64,000 nucleotides of DNA from Eledone cirrhosa (taxonomy: Eukaryota): assembly GCA_964016885.1 (NCBI GenBank), contig OZ024763.1, forward strand, positions 23,126,001 through 23,190,000, read 5' to 3'. A program made the translations under genes and the position numbers. Below, one piece after another: positions 13,801 to 28,800 of this stretch. How positions within the stretch are numbered: position 1 is the stretch's first letter; every line of letters starts with the position of its first letter. The notes under the pieces were generated by a model. The model worked only from the letters and a program-made list of their open reading frames with translations, was not told where the DNA came from and made no database searches.

Positions 13801-16800
13801 TTATAACACACATAACCCCATCAGTGAAGCCATCCAGTATAGGTCAACTGGGAAATTATAACACATATAACCCCATCAGTGAAGCCCTTTAGTATAGGTC
13901 AACTGGGAAATTATAACATACTAACCCCATCAGTGAAGCCCTTTAGTATAGGTGAACTGGGAAATTATAACATACTAACCCCATCAGTGAAGCCCTTTAG
14001 TATAGGTGAACTGGGAAATTATAACATACTAACCCCATCAGTGAAGCCCTTTAGTATAGATCAACTGGGAAATTATAACATACATAACCCTATCAGTAAA
14101 GCCGTTTAGTATAGGTGAACTGGGAAATTATAACACACATAACCCCATCAGTGAAGCCCTTTAGTATAGGTCAACTGGGAAATTATAACACACATAACCC
14201 TATCAGTAAAGCCCTTTAGTATAGGTCAACTGGGAAATTATAACACACATAACCCTATCAGTAAAGCCCTTTAGTATAGGTCAACTAGGAAATTATAACA
14301 CACATAACCCCATCAGTGAAGCCCTTCAGTATAGGTCAACTGGGAAATTATAACACACATAACCCCATCAGTGAAGCCCTTTAGTATAGGTGAACTGGGA
14401 AATTATAACATACATAACCCTATCAGTGAAGCCCTTTAGTATAGGTTAACTTGGAAATTATAACACACATAACCCTATCAGTGAAGCTCTTTAGTATAGG
14501 TCAAATGGGAAATTATAACACACATAACCCCATCAGTGAAGCCATTTAGTATAGGTCAACTGCGAAATTATAACACACATAACCCTATCAGTGAAGCCCT
14601 TTAGTATAGGTGAACTGGGAAATTATAACATACTAACCCCATCAGTGAAGCCCTTTAGTATAGGTCAACTGGGAAATTATAACATACATAACCCTATCAG
14701 TAAAGCCCTTTAGTATATGTCAACTTGGGAAATTATAACGTACATAACCGTATCAGTAAAGCCCTTTAGTATAGGTCAACTGGGAAATTATAACACATAA
14801 CCCTATCAGTGAAGCCCTTTAGTATAGGTCAACTGGGAAATTATAACATACATAACCCCATCAGTGAAGCCCTTTAGTATAGGTCAACTGGGAAATTATA
14901 ACACACATAACCCCATCAGTGAAGCCCTTTAGTATAGGTCAACTGGGAAATTATAACATACATAACCCTATCAGTGAAGCCCTTTAGTATAGGTCAACTG
15001 GGAAATTACAACACACATAACCCCATCAGTGAAGCCCTTTAGTATAGGTCAACTGGGAAATTATAACACACATAATCCCATCAGTGAAGCCCTTTAGTAT
15101 AGGTCAACTGGGAAATTATAACATACATAACCCCATCAGTGAAGCCCTTTAGTATAGGTCAACTGGGAAATTATGACATACATAACCCTATCAGTGAAGC
15201 CCTTTAGTATAGGTCAACTGGGAAATTATAACATACATAACCCTATCAGTGAAGCCCTTTAGTATAGGTCAACTGGGATATTATAACACACATAACCCCA
15301 TCAGTGAAGCCCTTTAGTATAGGTCAACTGGGAAATTATAACACACATAACCCTATCAGTGAAGCCCTTTAGTATAGGTCAACTTGGAAAATGATAACAC
15401 ACATAACCCCATCAGTGAAGCCCTTTAGTATAGGTCAACTGGGAAATTATAACACACATAACCCCATCAGTAAAGCCCTTTAGTATAGGTCAACTGGGAA
15501 ATTATAACACACATAACCCTATCAGTGAAGCCCTTTAGTATAGGTCAACTGGGAAATTATAACACACATAACCCTATCAGTGAAGCCCTTTAGTATAGGT
15601 GAACTGGGAAATTATAACACATAACCCTATCAGTGAAGCCCTTTAGTATAGGTCAACTGGGAAATTATAACACACATAACCTCATCAGTATAGGTCAACT
15701 GGGAAATTATAACACACATAACCCTATCAGTGAAGCCCTTTAATATAGGTCAACTGGGAAATTATAACACACATAACCCTATCAGAAAAACCCTTTAGTA
15801 TAGGTCAACTGGGAAATTATAACACATAACCCTATCAGTGAAGCCCTTTAGTATAGGTCAACTGGGAAATTATAACACACATAACCCTATCAGTAAAGCC
15901 CTTTAGTATAGGTCAACTGGGAAATTATAACATACTAACCCCATCAGTGAAGCCCTTTAGTATAGGTCAACTGGGAAATTATAACACATAACCCTATCAG
16001 TGAAGCCCTTTAGTATAGGTCAACTGGGAAATTATAACACACATAACCCTATCAGTGAAGCCCTTTAGTATAGGTCAACTGGGAAATTATAACACACATA
16101 ACCCCATCAGTGAAGCCATCCAGTATAGGTCAACTGGGAAATTATAACACACATAACCCCATCAGTGAAGACCTTTAGTATAGGTCAACTGGGAAATTAT
16201 AACATACTAACCCCATCAGTGAAGCCCTTTAGTATAGGTGAACTGGGAAATTATAACATACTAACCCCATCAGTGAAGCCCTTTAGTATAGGTCAACTGG
16301 GAAATTATAACATACATAACCCTATCAGTGAAGCCCTTTAGTATAGGTCAACTGGGAAATTACAACACACATAACCCCATCAGTGAAGCCCTTTAGTATA
16401 GGTCAACTGGGAAATTATAACACACATAATCCCATCAGTGAAGCCCTTTAGTATAGGTAAACTGGGAAATTATAACATACATAACCCCATCAGTGAAGCC
16501 CTTTAGTATAGGTCAACTGGGAAATTATAACACACATAACCCTATCAGTGAAGCCCTTTAGTATAGGTGAACTGGGAAATTATAACATACTAACCCCATC
16601 AGTGAAGCCCTTTAGTATAGGTCAACTGGGAAATTATAACATACATAACCCTATCAGTAAAGCCGTTTAGTATAGGTGAACTGGGAAATTATAACACACA
16701 TAACCCCATCAGTGAAGCCCTTTAGTATAGGTCAACTGGGAAATTATAACACACATAACCCTATCAGTAAAGCCCTTTAGTATAGGTCAACTGGGAAATT

Positions 16801-19800
16801 ATAACACACATACCCCTATCAGTAAAGCCCTTTAGTATAGGTCAACTAGGAAATTATAACACACATAACCCCATCAGTGAAGCCCTTCAGTATAGGTCAA
16901 CTGGGAAATTATAACACACATAACCCCATCAGTGAAGCCCTTTAGTATAGGTGAACTGGAAAATTATAACACACATAACCCCATCAGTGAAGCCCTTTAG
17001 TATAGGTCAACTGGGAAATTATAACACACATAACCCCATCAGTGAAGCCCTTTAGTATAGGTCAACTGGGAAATTATAAAACACATAACCCCATCAGTGA
17101 AGCCCTTTAGTATAGGTCAACTGGGAAATTATAACATACATAACCCCATCAGTGAAGCCCTTTAGTATAGGTCAACTGGGAAATTATAACATACATAACC
17201 CCATCAGTGAAGCCCTTTAGTATAGGTCAACTGGGAAATTATAACACACATAACCCCATCAGTGAAGCCCTTTAGTATAGGTCAACTGGGAAAGTATAAC
17301 ATACATAACCCATCAGTGAAGCCCTTTAGTATAGGTCAACTGGGAAATTATAACACACATAACCCTATCAGTGAAGCCCTTTAGTATAGGTCAACTGGGA
17401 AATTATAACATACATAACCCTATCAGTGAAGCCCTTTAGTATAGGTTAACTTGGAAATTATAACACACATAACCCTATCAGTGAAGCCCTTTAGCATAGG
17501 TCAACTGGGAAATTATAACACACATAACCCCATCAGTGAAGCCCTTTAGTATAGATCAACTGCAAAATTATAACACACATAACCCGATCAGTGAAGCCCT
17601 TTAGTATAGGTGAACTGGGAAATTATAACACATAACCCTATCAGTGAAGCCCTTTAGTATAGGTCAACTGGGAAATTATAACACACATAACCTCATCAGT
17701 ATAGGTCAACTGGGAAATTATAACACACATAACCCTATCAGTGAAGCCCTTTAATATAGGTCAACTGGGAAATTATAACACACATAACCCTATCAGAAAA
17801 ACCCTTTAGTATAGGTCAACTGGGAAATTATAACACATAACCCTATCAGTGAAGCCCTTTAGTATAGGTCAACTGGGAAATTATAACACACATAACCCTA
17901 TCAGTAAAGCCCTTTAGTATAGGTCAACTGGGAAATTATAACATACTAACCCCATCAGTGAAGCCCTTTAGTATAGGTCAACTGGGAAATTATAACACAT
18001 AACCCTATCAGTGAAGCCCTTTAGTATAGGTCAACTGGGAAATTATAACACACATAACCCTATCAGTGAAGCCCTTTAGTATAGGTCAACTGGGAAATTA
18101 TAACACACATAACCCCATCAGTGAAGCCATCCAGTATAGGTCAACTGGGAAATTATAACACACATAACCCCATCAGTGAAGACCTTTAGTATAGGTCAAC
18201 TGGGAAATTATAACATACTAACCCCATCAGTGAAGCCCTTTAGTATAGGTGAACTGGGAAATTATAACATACTAACCCCATCAGTGAAGCCCTTTAGTAT
18301 AGGTCAACTGGGAAATTATAACATACATAACCCTATCAGTGAAGCCCTTTAGTATAGGTCAACTGGGAAATTACAACACACATAACCCCATCAGTGAAGC
18401 CCTTTAGTATAGGTCAACTGGGAAATTATAACACACATAATCCCATCAGTGAAGCCCTTTAGTATAGGTCAACTGGGAAATTATAACATACATAACCCCA
18501 TCAGTGAAGCCCTTTAGTATAGGTCAACTGGGAAATTATAACACACATAACCCTATCAGTGAAGCCCTTTAGTATAGGTGAACTGGGAAATTATAACATA
18601 CTAACCCCATCAGTGAAGCCCTTTAGTATAGGTCAACTGGGAAATTATAACATACATAACCCTATCAGTAAAGCCGTTTAGTATAGGTGAACTGGGAAAT
18701 TATAACACACATAACCCCATCAGTGAAGCCCTTTAGTATAGGTCAACTGGGAAATTATAACACACATAACCCTATCAGTAAAGCCCTTTAGTATAGGTCA
18801 ACTGGGAAATTATAACACACATACCCCTATCAGTAAAGCCCTTTAGTATAGGTCAACTAGGAAATTATAACACACATAACCCCATCAGTGAAGCCCTTCA
18901 GTATAGGTCAACTGGGAAATTATAACACACATAACCCCATCAGTGAAGCCCTTTAGTATAGGTGAACTGGAAAATTATAACACACATAACCCCATCAGTG
19001 AAGCCCTTTAGTATAGGTCAACTGGGAAATTATAACACACATAACCCCATCAGTGAAGCCCTTTAGTATAGGTCAACTGGGAAATTATAAAACACATAAC
19101 CCCATCAGTGAAGCCCTTTAGTATAGGTCAACTGGGAAATTATAACATACATAACCCCATCAGTGAAGCCCTTTAGTATAGGTCAACTGGGAAATTATAA
19201 CATACATAACCCCATCAGTGAAGCCCTTTAGTATAGGTCAACTGGGAAATTATAACACACATAACCCCATCAGTGAAGCCCTTTAGTATAGGTCAACTGG
19301 GAAAGTATAACATACATAACCCATCAGTGAAGCCCTTTAGTATAGGTCAACTGGGAAATTATAACACACATAACCCTATCAGTGAAGCCCTTTAGTATAG
19401 GTCAACTGGGAAATTATAACATACATAACCCTATCAGTGAAGCCCTTTAGTATAGGTTAACTTGGAAATTATAACACACATAACCCTATCAGTGAAGCCC
19501 TTTAGCATAGGTCAACTGGGAAATTATAACACACATAACCCCATCAGTGAAGCCCTTTAGTATAGATCAACTGCAAAATTATAACACACATAACCCGATC
19601 AGTGAAGCCCTTTAGTATAGGTGAACTGGGAAATTATAACATACTAACCCCATCAGTGAAGCCCTTTAGTATAGGTCAACTGGGAAATTATAACATACTT
19701 AACCCTATCAGTAAAGCCCTTTAGTATATGTCATCTGGGAAATTATAACGTACATAACCGTATCAGTAAAGCCCTTTAGTATAGGTCAACTGGGAAATTA

Positions 19801-22800
19801 TAACACATAACCATATCAGTGAAGCCCTTTAGTATAGGTCAACTGGGAAATTATAACACACATAACCCTATCAGTAAAGCCCTTTTGTATAGGTCAACTA
19901 GGAAATTATAACACACATAACCCCATCAGTGAAGCCCTTCAGTATAGGTCAACTGGGAAATTATAACACACATAACCCCATCAGTGAAGCCCTTTAGTAT
20001 AGGTCAACTGGGAAATTATAACACACATAACCCCATCAGTGAAGCCCTTTAGTATAGGTCAACTGGGAAATTATAACACACATAACCCCATCAGTTAAGC
20101 CCTTTAGTATAGGTCAACTGCGAAATTATAACACACATAACCCCATCAGTGAAGCCCTTTAGTATAGGTCAACTGGGAAATTATAACATACATAACCCTA
20201 TCAGTAAAGCCCTTTAGTATAGGTCAACTGGGAAATTATAACATACATAACCCTATCAGTGAAGCCCTTCAGTATAGGTCAACTGGGAAATTATAACACA
20301 CATAACCCTATCAGTGAAGCCCTTTAATATAGGTCAACTGGGAAATTATAACACACATAACCCTATCAGTGAAGCCCTTTAATATAGGTCAACTGCGAAA
20401 TTATAACACACATAACCCTATCAGAAAAGCCCTTTAGTATAGGTCAACTGGGAAATTATAACACATAACCCTATCAGTGAAGCCCTTTAGTATAGGTCAA
20501 CTGGGAAATTATAACACACATAACCCTATCAGTGAAGCCCTTTAGTATAGGTCAACTGGGAAATTATAACATACATAACACTATCAGTAAAGCCCTTTAG
20601 TATAGGTCAACTGGGAAATTATAACACATAACCCTATCAGTGAAGCCCTTTAGTATAGGTCAACTAGGAAAGTATAACACACATAACCCCATCAGTGAAG
20701 CCCTTCAGTATAGGTCAACTGGGAATTTATAACACACATAACCCCATCAGTGAAGCCCTTTAGTATAGGTGAACTGGGAAATTATAACATACATAACCCT
20801 ATCAGTGAAGCCCTTTAGTATAGGTTAACTTGGAAATTATAACACACATAACCCTATCAGTGAAGCTCTTTAGTATAGGTCAAATTTGAAATTATAACAC
20901 ACATAACCCCGTCAGTGAAGCCCTTTAGTATAGGTCAACTGCGAAATTATAACACACATAACCCTATCAGTGAAGCCCTTTAGTATAGGTGAACTGGGAA
21001 ATTATAACATACTAACCCCATCAGTGAAGCCCTTTAGTATAGGTCAACTGGGAAATTATAACATACATAACCCTATCAGTAAAGCCCTTTAGTATATGTC
21101 AACTGGGAAATTATAACGTACATAACCGTATCAGTAAAGCCCTTTAGTATAGGTCAACTGGGAAATTATAACACATAACCCCATCAGTGAAGCCCTTTAG
21201 TATAGGTCAACTGGGAAATTATAACACACATAACCCTATCAGTGAAGCCCTTTAGTATAGGTCAACTGGGAAATTATAACACACATAACCCCATCAGTGA
21301 AGCCCTTTAGTATAAGTCAACTGGGAAATTATAACATACATAACACTATCAGTAAAGCCCTTTAGTATAGGTCAACTGGGAAATTATAAAACATAACCCT
21401 ATCAGTGAAGCCCTTTAGTATAGGTCAACTGGGAAATTATAACACACATAACCCTATCAGTAAAGCCCTTTAGTATAGGTCAACTAGGAAATTATAACAC
21501 ACATAACCCCATCAGTGAAGCTCTTCAGTATAGGTCAACTGGGAATTTATAACACACATAACCCCATCAGTGAAGCCCTTTAGTATAGGTTAACTTGGAA
21601 ATTATAACACACATAACCCTATCAGTGAAGCCCTTTAGCATAGGTCAACTGGGAAATTATAACACACATAACCCCATCAGTGAAGCCCTTTAGTATAGAT
21701 CAACTGCGAAATTATAACACACATAACCCTATCAGTGAAGCCCTTTAGTATAGGTGAACTGGGAAATTATAACATACTAACCCCATCAGTGAAGCCCTTT
21801 AGTATAGGTCAACTGGGAAATTATAACATACTTAACCCTATCAGTAAAGCCCTTTAGTATATGTCATCTGGGAAATTATAACGTACATAACCGTATCAGT
21901 AAAGCCCTTTAGTATAGGTCAACTGGGAAATTATAACACACATAACCCTATCAGTAAAGCCCTTTTGTATAGGTCAACTAGGAAATTATAACACACATAA
22001 CCCCATCAGTGAAGCCCTTCAGTATAGGTCAACTGGGAAATTATAACACACATAACCCCATCAGTGAAGCCCTTTAGTATAGGTCAACTGGGAAATTATA
22101 ACACACATAACCCAATCAGTGAAGCCCTTTAGTATAGGTCAACTGGGAAATTATAACACACATAACCCCATCAGTGAAGCCCTTTAGTATAGGTCAACTG
22201 GGAAATTATAACACACATAACCCCATCAGTGAAGCCGTTTAGTATAGGTCAACTGGGAAATTATAACATACATAACCCTATCAGTAAAGCCCTTTAGTAT
22301 AGGTCAACTGGGAAATTATAACATACATAACCCTATCAGTGAAGCCCTTTAGTATAAGTCAACTGGGAAATTATAACACACATAACCCTATCAGTGAAGC
22401 CCTTTAGTATAGGTCAACTGGGAAATTATAACACATATAACCCTATCAGTGAAGCCCTTCAGTATAGGTCAACTGGGAAATTATAACACACATAACCCTA
22501 TCAGTGAAGCCCTTTAATATAGGTCAACTGTGAAATTATAACACACATAACCCTATTAGAAAAGCCCTTTAGTATAGGTCAACTGGGAAATTATAACACA
22601 TAACCCTATCAGTGAAGCCCTTTAGTATAGGTCAACTAGGAAATTATAACACACATAACCCCATCAGTGAAGCCCTTCAGTATAGGTCAACTGGGAATTT
22701 ATAACACACATAACCCTATCAGTGAAGCCCTTTAGTATAGGTCAACTGGGAAATTATAACACACATAACCCCATCAGTGAAGCCCTTTAGTATAAGTCAA

Positions 22801-25800
22801 CTGGGAAATTATAACATACATAACACTATCAGTAAAGCCCTTTAGTATAGGTCAACTGGGAAATTATAAAACATAACCCTATCAGTGAAGCCCTTTAGTA
22901 TAGGTCAACTGGGAAATTATAACACACATAACCCTATCAGTAAAGCCCTTTAGTATAGGTCAACTAGGAAATTATAACACACATAACCCCATCAGTGAAG
23001 CTCTTCAGTATAGGTCAACTGGGAATTTATAACACACATAACCCCATCAGTGAAGCCCTTTAGTATAGGTGAACTGGGAAATTATAACATACATAACCCT
23101 ATCAGTGAAGCCCTTTAGTATAGGTTAACTTGGAAATTATAACACACATAACCCCGTCAGTGAAGCCCTTTAGTATAGGTCAACTGCGAAATTATAACAC
23201 ACATAACCCTATCAGTGAAGCCCTTTAGTATAGGTGAACTGGGAAATTATAACATACTAACCCCATCAGTGAAGCCCTTTAGTATAGGTCAACTGGGAAA
23301 TTATAACATACATAACCCTATCAGTAAAGCCCTTTAGTATATGTCAACTGGGAAATTATAACGTACATAACCGTATCAGTAAAGCCCTTTAGTATAGGTC
23401 AACTGGGAAATTATAACACATAACCCCATCAGTGAAGCCCTTTAGTATAGGTCAACTGGGAAATTATAACATACATAACCCTATCAGTAAAGCCCTTTAG
23501 TATAGGTCAACTGGGAAATTATAACACACATAACCCTATCAGTGAAGCCCTTTAGTATAGGTCAACTGGGAAATTATAACACACATAACCCTATCAGTGA
23601 AGCCCTTTAGTATAGGTGAACTGGGAAATTATAACACATAACCCTATCAGTGAAGCCCTTTAGTATAGGTCAACTGGGAAATTATAACACACATAACCTC
23701 ACCAGTAAAGCCCTTTAGTATAGGTCAACTGGGAAATTATAACACACATAACCCTATCAGTGAAGCCCTTTAATATAGGTCAACTGGGAAATTATAAAAC
23801 ACATAACCCTATCAGAAAAACCCTTTAGTATAGGTCAACTGGGAAATTATAACACATAACCCTATCAGTGAAGCCCTTTAGTATAGGTCAACTGGGAAAT
23901 TATAACACACATAACCCTATCAGTAAAGCCCTTTAGTATAGGTCAACTGGGAAATTATAACATACTAACCCCATCAGTGAAGCCCTTTAGTATAGGTCAA
24001 CTGGGAAATTATAACACATAACCCTATCAGTGAAGCCCTTTAGTATAGGTCAACTGGGAAATTATAACACACATAACCCTATCAGTGAAGCCCTTTAGTA
24101 TAGGTCAACTGGGAAATTATAACACACATAACCCCATCAGTGAAGCCATCCAGTATAGGTCAACTGGGAAATTATAACACATATAACCCCATCAGTGAAG
24201 CCCTTTAGTATAGGTCAACTGGGAAATTATAACATACTAACCCCATCAGTGAAGCCCTTTAGTATAGGTGAACTGGGAAATTATAACATACTAACCCCAT
24301 CAGTGAAGCCCTTTAGTATAGGTGAACTGGGAAATTATAACATACTAACCCCATCAGTGAAGCCCTTTAGTATAGATCAACTGGGAAATTATAACATACA
24401 TAACCCTATCAGTAAAGCCGTTTAGTATAGGTGAACTGGGAAATTATAACACACATAACCCCATCAGTGAAGCCCTTTAGTATAGGTCAACTGGGAAATT
24501 ATAACACACATAACCCTATCAGTAAAGCCCTTTAGTATAGGTCAACTGGGAAATTATAACACACATAACCCTATCAGTAAAGCCCTTTAGTATAGGTCAA
24601 CTAGGAAATTATAACACACATAACCCCATCAGTGAAGCCCTTCAGTATAGGTCAACTGGGAAATTATAACACACATAACCCCATCAGTGAAGCCCTTTAG
24701 TATAGGTGAACTGGGAAATTATAACATACATAACCCTATCAGTGAAGCCCTTTAGTATAGGTTAACTTGGAAATTATAACACACATAACCCTATCAGTGA
24801 AGCTCTTTAGTATAGGTCAAATGGGAAATTATAACACACATAACCCCATCAGTGAAGCCATTTAGTATAGGTCAACTGCGAAATTATAACACACATAACC
24901 CTATCAGTGAAGCCCTTTAGTATAGGTGAACTGGGAAATTATAACATACTAACCCCATCAGTGAAGCCCTTTAGTATAGGTCAACTGGGAAATTATAACA
25001 TACATAACCCTATCAGTAAAGCCCTTTAGTATATGTCAACTTGGGAAATTATAACGTACATAACCGTATCAGTAAAGCCCTTTAGTATAGGTCAACTGGG
25101 AAATTATAACACATAACCCTATCAGTGAAGCCCTTTAGTATAGGTCAACTGGGAAATTATAACATACATAACCCCATCAGTGAAGCCCTTTAGTATAGGT
25201 CAACTGGGAAATTATAACACACATAACCCCATCAGTGAAGCCCTTTAGTATAGGTCAACTGGGAAATTATAACATACATAACCCTATCAGTGAAGCCCTT
25301 TAGTATAGGTCAACTGGGAAATTACAACACACATAACCCCATCAGTGAAGCCCTTTAGTATAGGTCAACTGGGAAATTATAACACACATAATCCCATCAG
25401 TGAAGCCCTTTAGTATAGGTCAACTGGGAAATTATAACATACATAACCCCATCAGTGAAGCCCTTTAGTATAGGTCAACTGGGAAATTATGACATACATA
25501 ACCCTATCAGTGAAGCCCTTTAGTATAGGTCAACTGGGAAATTATAACATACATAACCCTATCAGTGAAGCCCTTTAGTATAGGTCAACTGGGATATTAT
25601 AACACACATAACCCCATCAGTGAAGCCCTTTAGTATAGGTCAACTGGGAAATTATAACACACATAACCCTATCAGTGAAGCCCTTTAGTATAGGTCAACT
25701 TGGAAAATGATAACACACATAACCCCATCAGTGAAGCCCTTTAGTATAGGTCAACTGGGAAATTATAACACACATAACCCCATCAGTAAAGCCCTTTAGT

Positions 25801-28800
25801 ATAGGTCAACTGGGAAATTATAACACACATAACCCTATCAGTGAAGCCCTTTAGTATAGGTCAACTGGGAAATTATAACACACATAACCCTATCAGTGAA
25901 GCCCTTTAGTATAGGTGAACTGGGAAATTATAACACATAACCCTATCAGTGAAGCCCTTTAGTATAGGTCAACTGGGAAATTATAACACACATAACCTCA
26001 TCAGTATAGGTCAACTGGGAAATTATAACACACATAACCCTATCAGTGAAGCCCTTTAATATAGGTCAACTGGGAAATTATAACACACATAACCCTATCA
26101 GAAAAACCCTTTAGTATAGGTCAACTGGGAAATTATAACACATAACCCTATCAGTGAAGCCCTTTAGTATAGGTCAACTGGGAAATTATAACACACATAA
26201 CCCTATCAGTAAAGCCCTTTAGTATAGGTCAACTGGGAAATTATAACATACTAACCCCATCAGTGAAGCCCTTTAGTATAGGTCAACTGGGAAATTATAA
26301 CACATAACCCTATCAGTGAAGCCCTTTAGTATAGGTCAACTGGGAAATTATAACACACATAACCCTATCAGTGAAGCCCTTTAGTATAGGTCAACTGGGA
26401 AATTATAACACACATAACCCCATCAGTGAAGCCATCCAGTATAGGTCAACTGGGAAATTATAACACACATAACCCCATCAGTGAAGACCTTTAGTATAGG
26501 TCAACTGGGAAATTATAACATACTAACCCCATCAGTGAAGCCCTTTAGTATAGGTGAACTGGGAAATTATAACATACTAACCCCATCAGTGAAGCCCTTT
26601 AGTATAGGTCAACTGGGAAATTATAACATACATAACCCTATCAGTGAAGCCCTTTAGTATAGGTCAACTGGGAAATTACAACACACATAACCCCATCAGT
26701 GAAGCCCTTTAGTATAGGTCAACTGGGAAATTATAACACACATAATCCCATCAGTGAAGCCCTTTAGTATAGGTAAACTGGGAAATTATAACATACATAA
26801 CCCCATCAGTGAAGCCCTTTAGTATAGGTCAACTGGGAAATTATAACACACATAACCCTATCAGTGAAGCCCTTTAGTATAGGTGAACTGGGAAATTATA
26901 ACATACTAACCCCATCAGTGAAGCCCTTTAGTATAGGTCAACTGGGAAATTATAACATACATAACCCTATCAGTAAAGCCGTTTAGTATAGGTGAACTGG
27001 GAAATTATAACACACATAACCCCATCAGTGAAGCCCTTTAGTATAGGTCAACTGGGAAATTATAACACACATAACCCTATCAGTAAAGCCCTTTAGTATA
27101 GGTCAACTGGGAAATTATAACACACATACCCCTATCAGTAAAGCCCTTTAGTATAGGTCAACTAGGAAATTATAACACACATAACCCCATCAGTGAAGCC
27201 CTTCAGTATAGGTCAACTGGGAAATTATAACACACATAACCCCATCAGTGAAGCCCTTTAGTATAGGTGAACTGGAAAATTATAACACACATAACCCCAT
27301 CAGTGAAGCCCTTTAGTATAGGTCAACTGGGAAATTATAACACACATAACCCCATCAGTGAAGCCCTTTAGTATAGGTCAACTGGGAAATTATAAAACAC
27401 ATAACCCCATCAGTGAAGCCCTTTAGTATAGGTCAACTGGGAAATTATAACATACATAACCCCATCAGTGAAGCCCTTTAGTATAGGTCAACTGGGAAAT
27501 TATAACATACATAACCCCATCAGTGAAGCCCTTTAGTATAGGTCAACTGGGAAATTATAACACACATAACCCCATCAGTGAAGCCCTTTAGTATAGGTCA
27601 ACTGGGAAAGTATAACATACATAACCCATCAGTGAAGCCCTTTAGTATAGGTCAACTGGGAAATTATAACACACATAACCCTATCAGTGAAGCCCTTTAG
27701 TATAGGTCAACTGGGAAATTATAACATACATAACCCTATCAGTGAAGCCCTTTAGTATAGGTTAACTTGGAAATTATAACACACATAACCCTATCAGTGA
27801 AGCCCTTTAGCATAGGTCAACTGGGAAATTATAACACACATAACCCCATCAGTGAAGCCCTTTAGTATAGATCAACTGCAAAATTATAACACACATAACC
27901 CGATCAGTGAAGCCCTTTAGTATAGGTGAACTGGGAAATTATAACACATAACCCTATCAGTGAAGCCCTTTAGTATAGGTCAACTGGGAAATTATAACAC
28001 ACATAACCTCATCAGTATAGGTCAACTGGGAAATTATAACACACATAACCCTATCAGTGAAGCCCTTTAATATAGGTCAACTGGGAAATTATAACACACA
28101 TAACCCTATCAGAAAAACCCTTTAGTATAGGTCAACTGGGAAATTATAACACATAACCCTATCAGTGAAGCCCTTTAGTATAGGTCAACTGGGAAATTAT
28201 AACACACATAACCCTATCAGTAAAGCCCTTTAGTATAGGTCAACTGGGAAATTATAACATACTAACCCCATCAGTGAAGCCCTTTAGTATAGGTCAACTG
28301 GGAAATTATAACACATAACCCTATCAGTGAAGCCCTTTAGTATAGGTCAACTGGGAAATTATAACACACATAACCCTATCAGTGAAGCCCTTTAGTATAG
28401 GTCAACTGGGAAATTATAACACACATAACCCCATCAGTGAAGCCATCCAGTATAGGTCAACTGGGAAATTATAACACACATAACCCCATCAGTGAAGACC
28501 TTTAGTATAGGTCAACTGGGAAATTATAACATACTAACCCCATCAGTGAAGCCCTTTAGTATAGGTGAACTGGGAAATTATAACATACTAACCCCATCAG
28601 TGAAGCCCTTTAGTATAGGTCAACTGGGAAATTATAACATACATAACCCTATCAGTGAAGCCCTTTAGTATAGGTCAACTGGGAAATTACAACACACATA
28701 ACCCCATCAGTGAAGCCCTTTAGTATAGGTCAACTGGGAAATTATAACACACATAATCCCATCAGTGAAGCCCTTTAGTATAGGTCAACTGGGAAATTAT

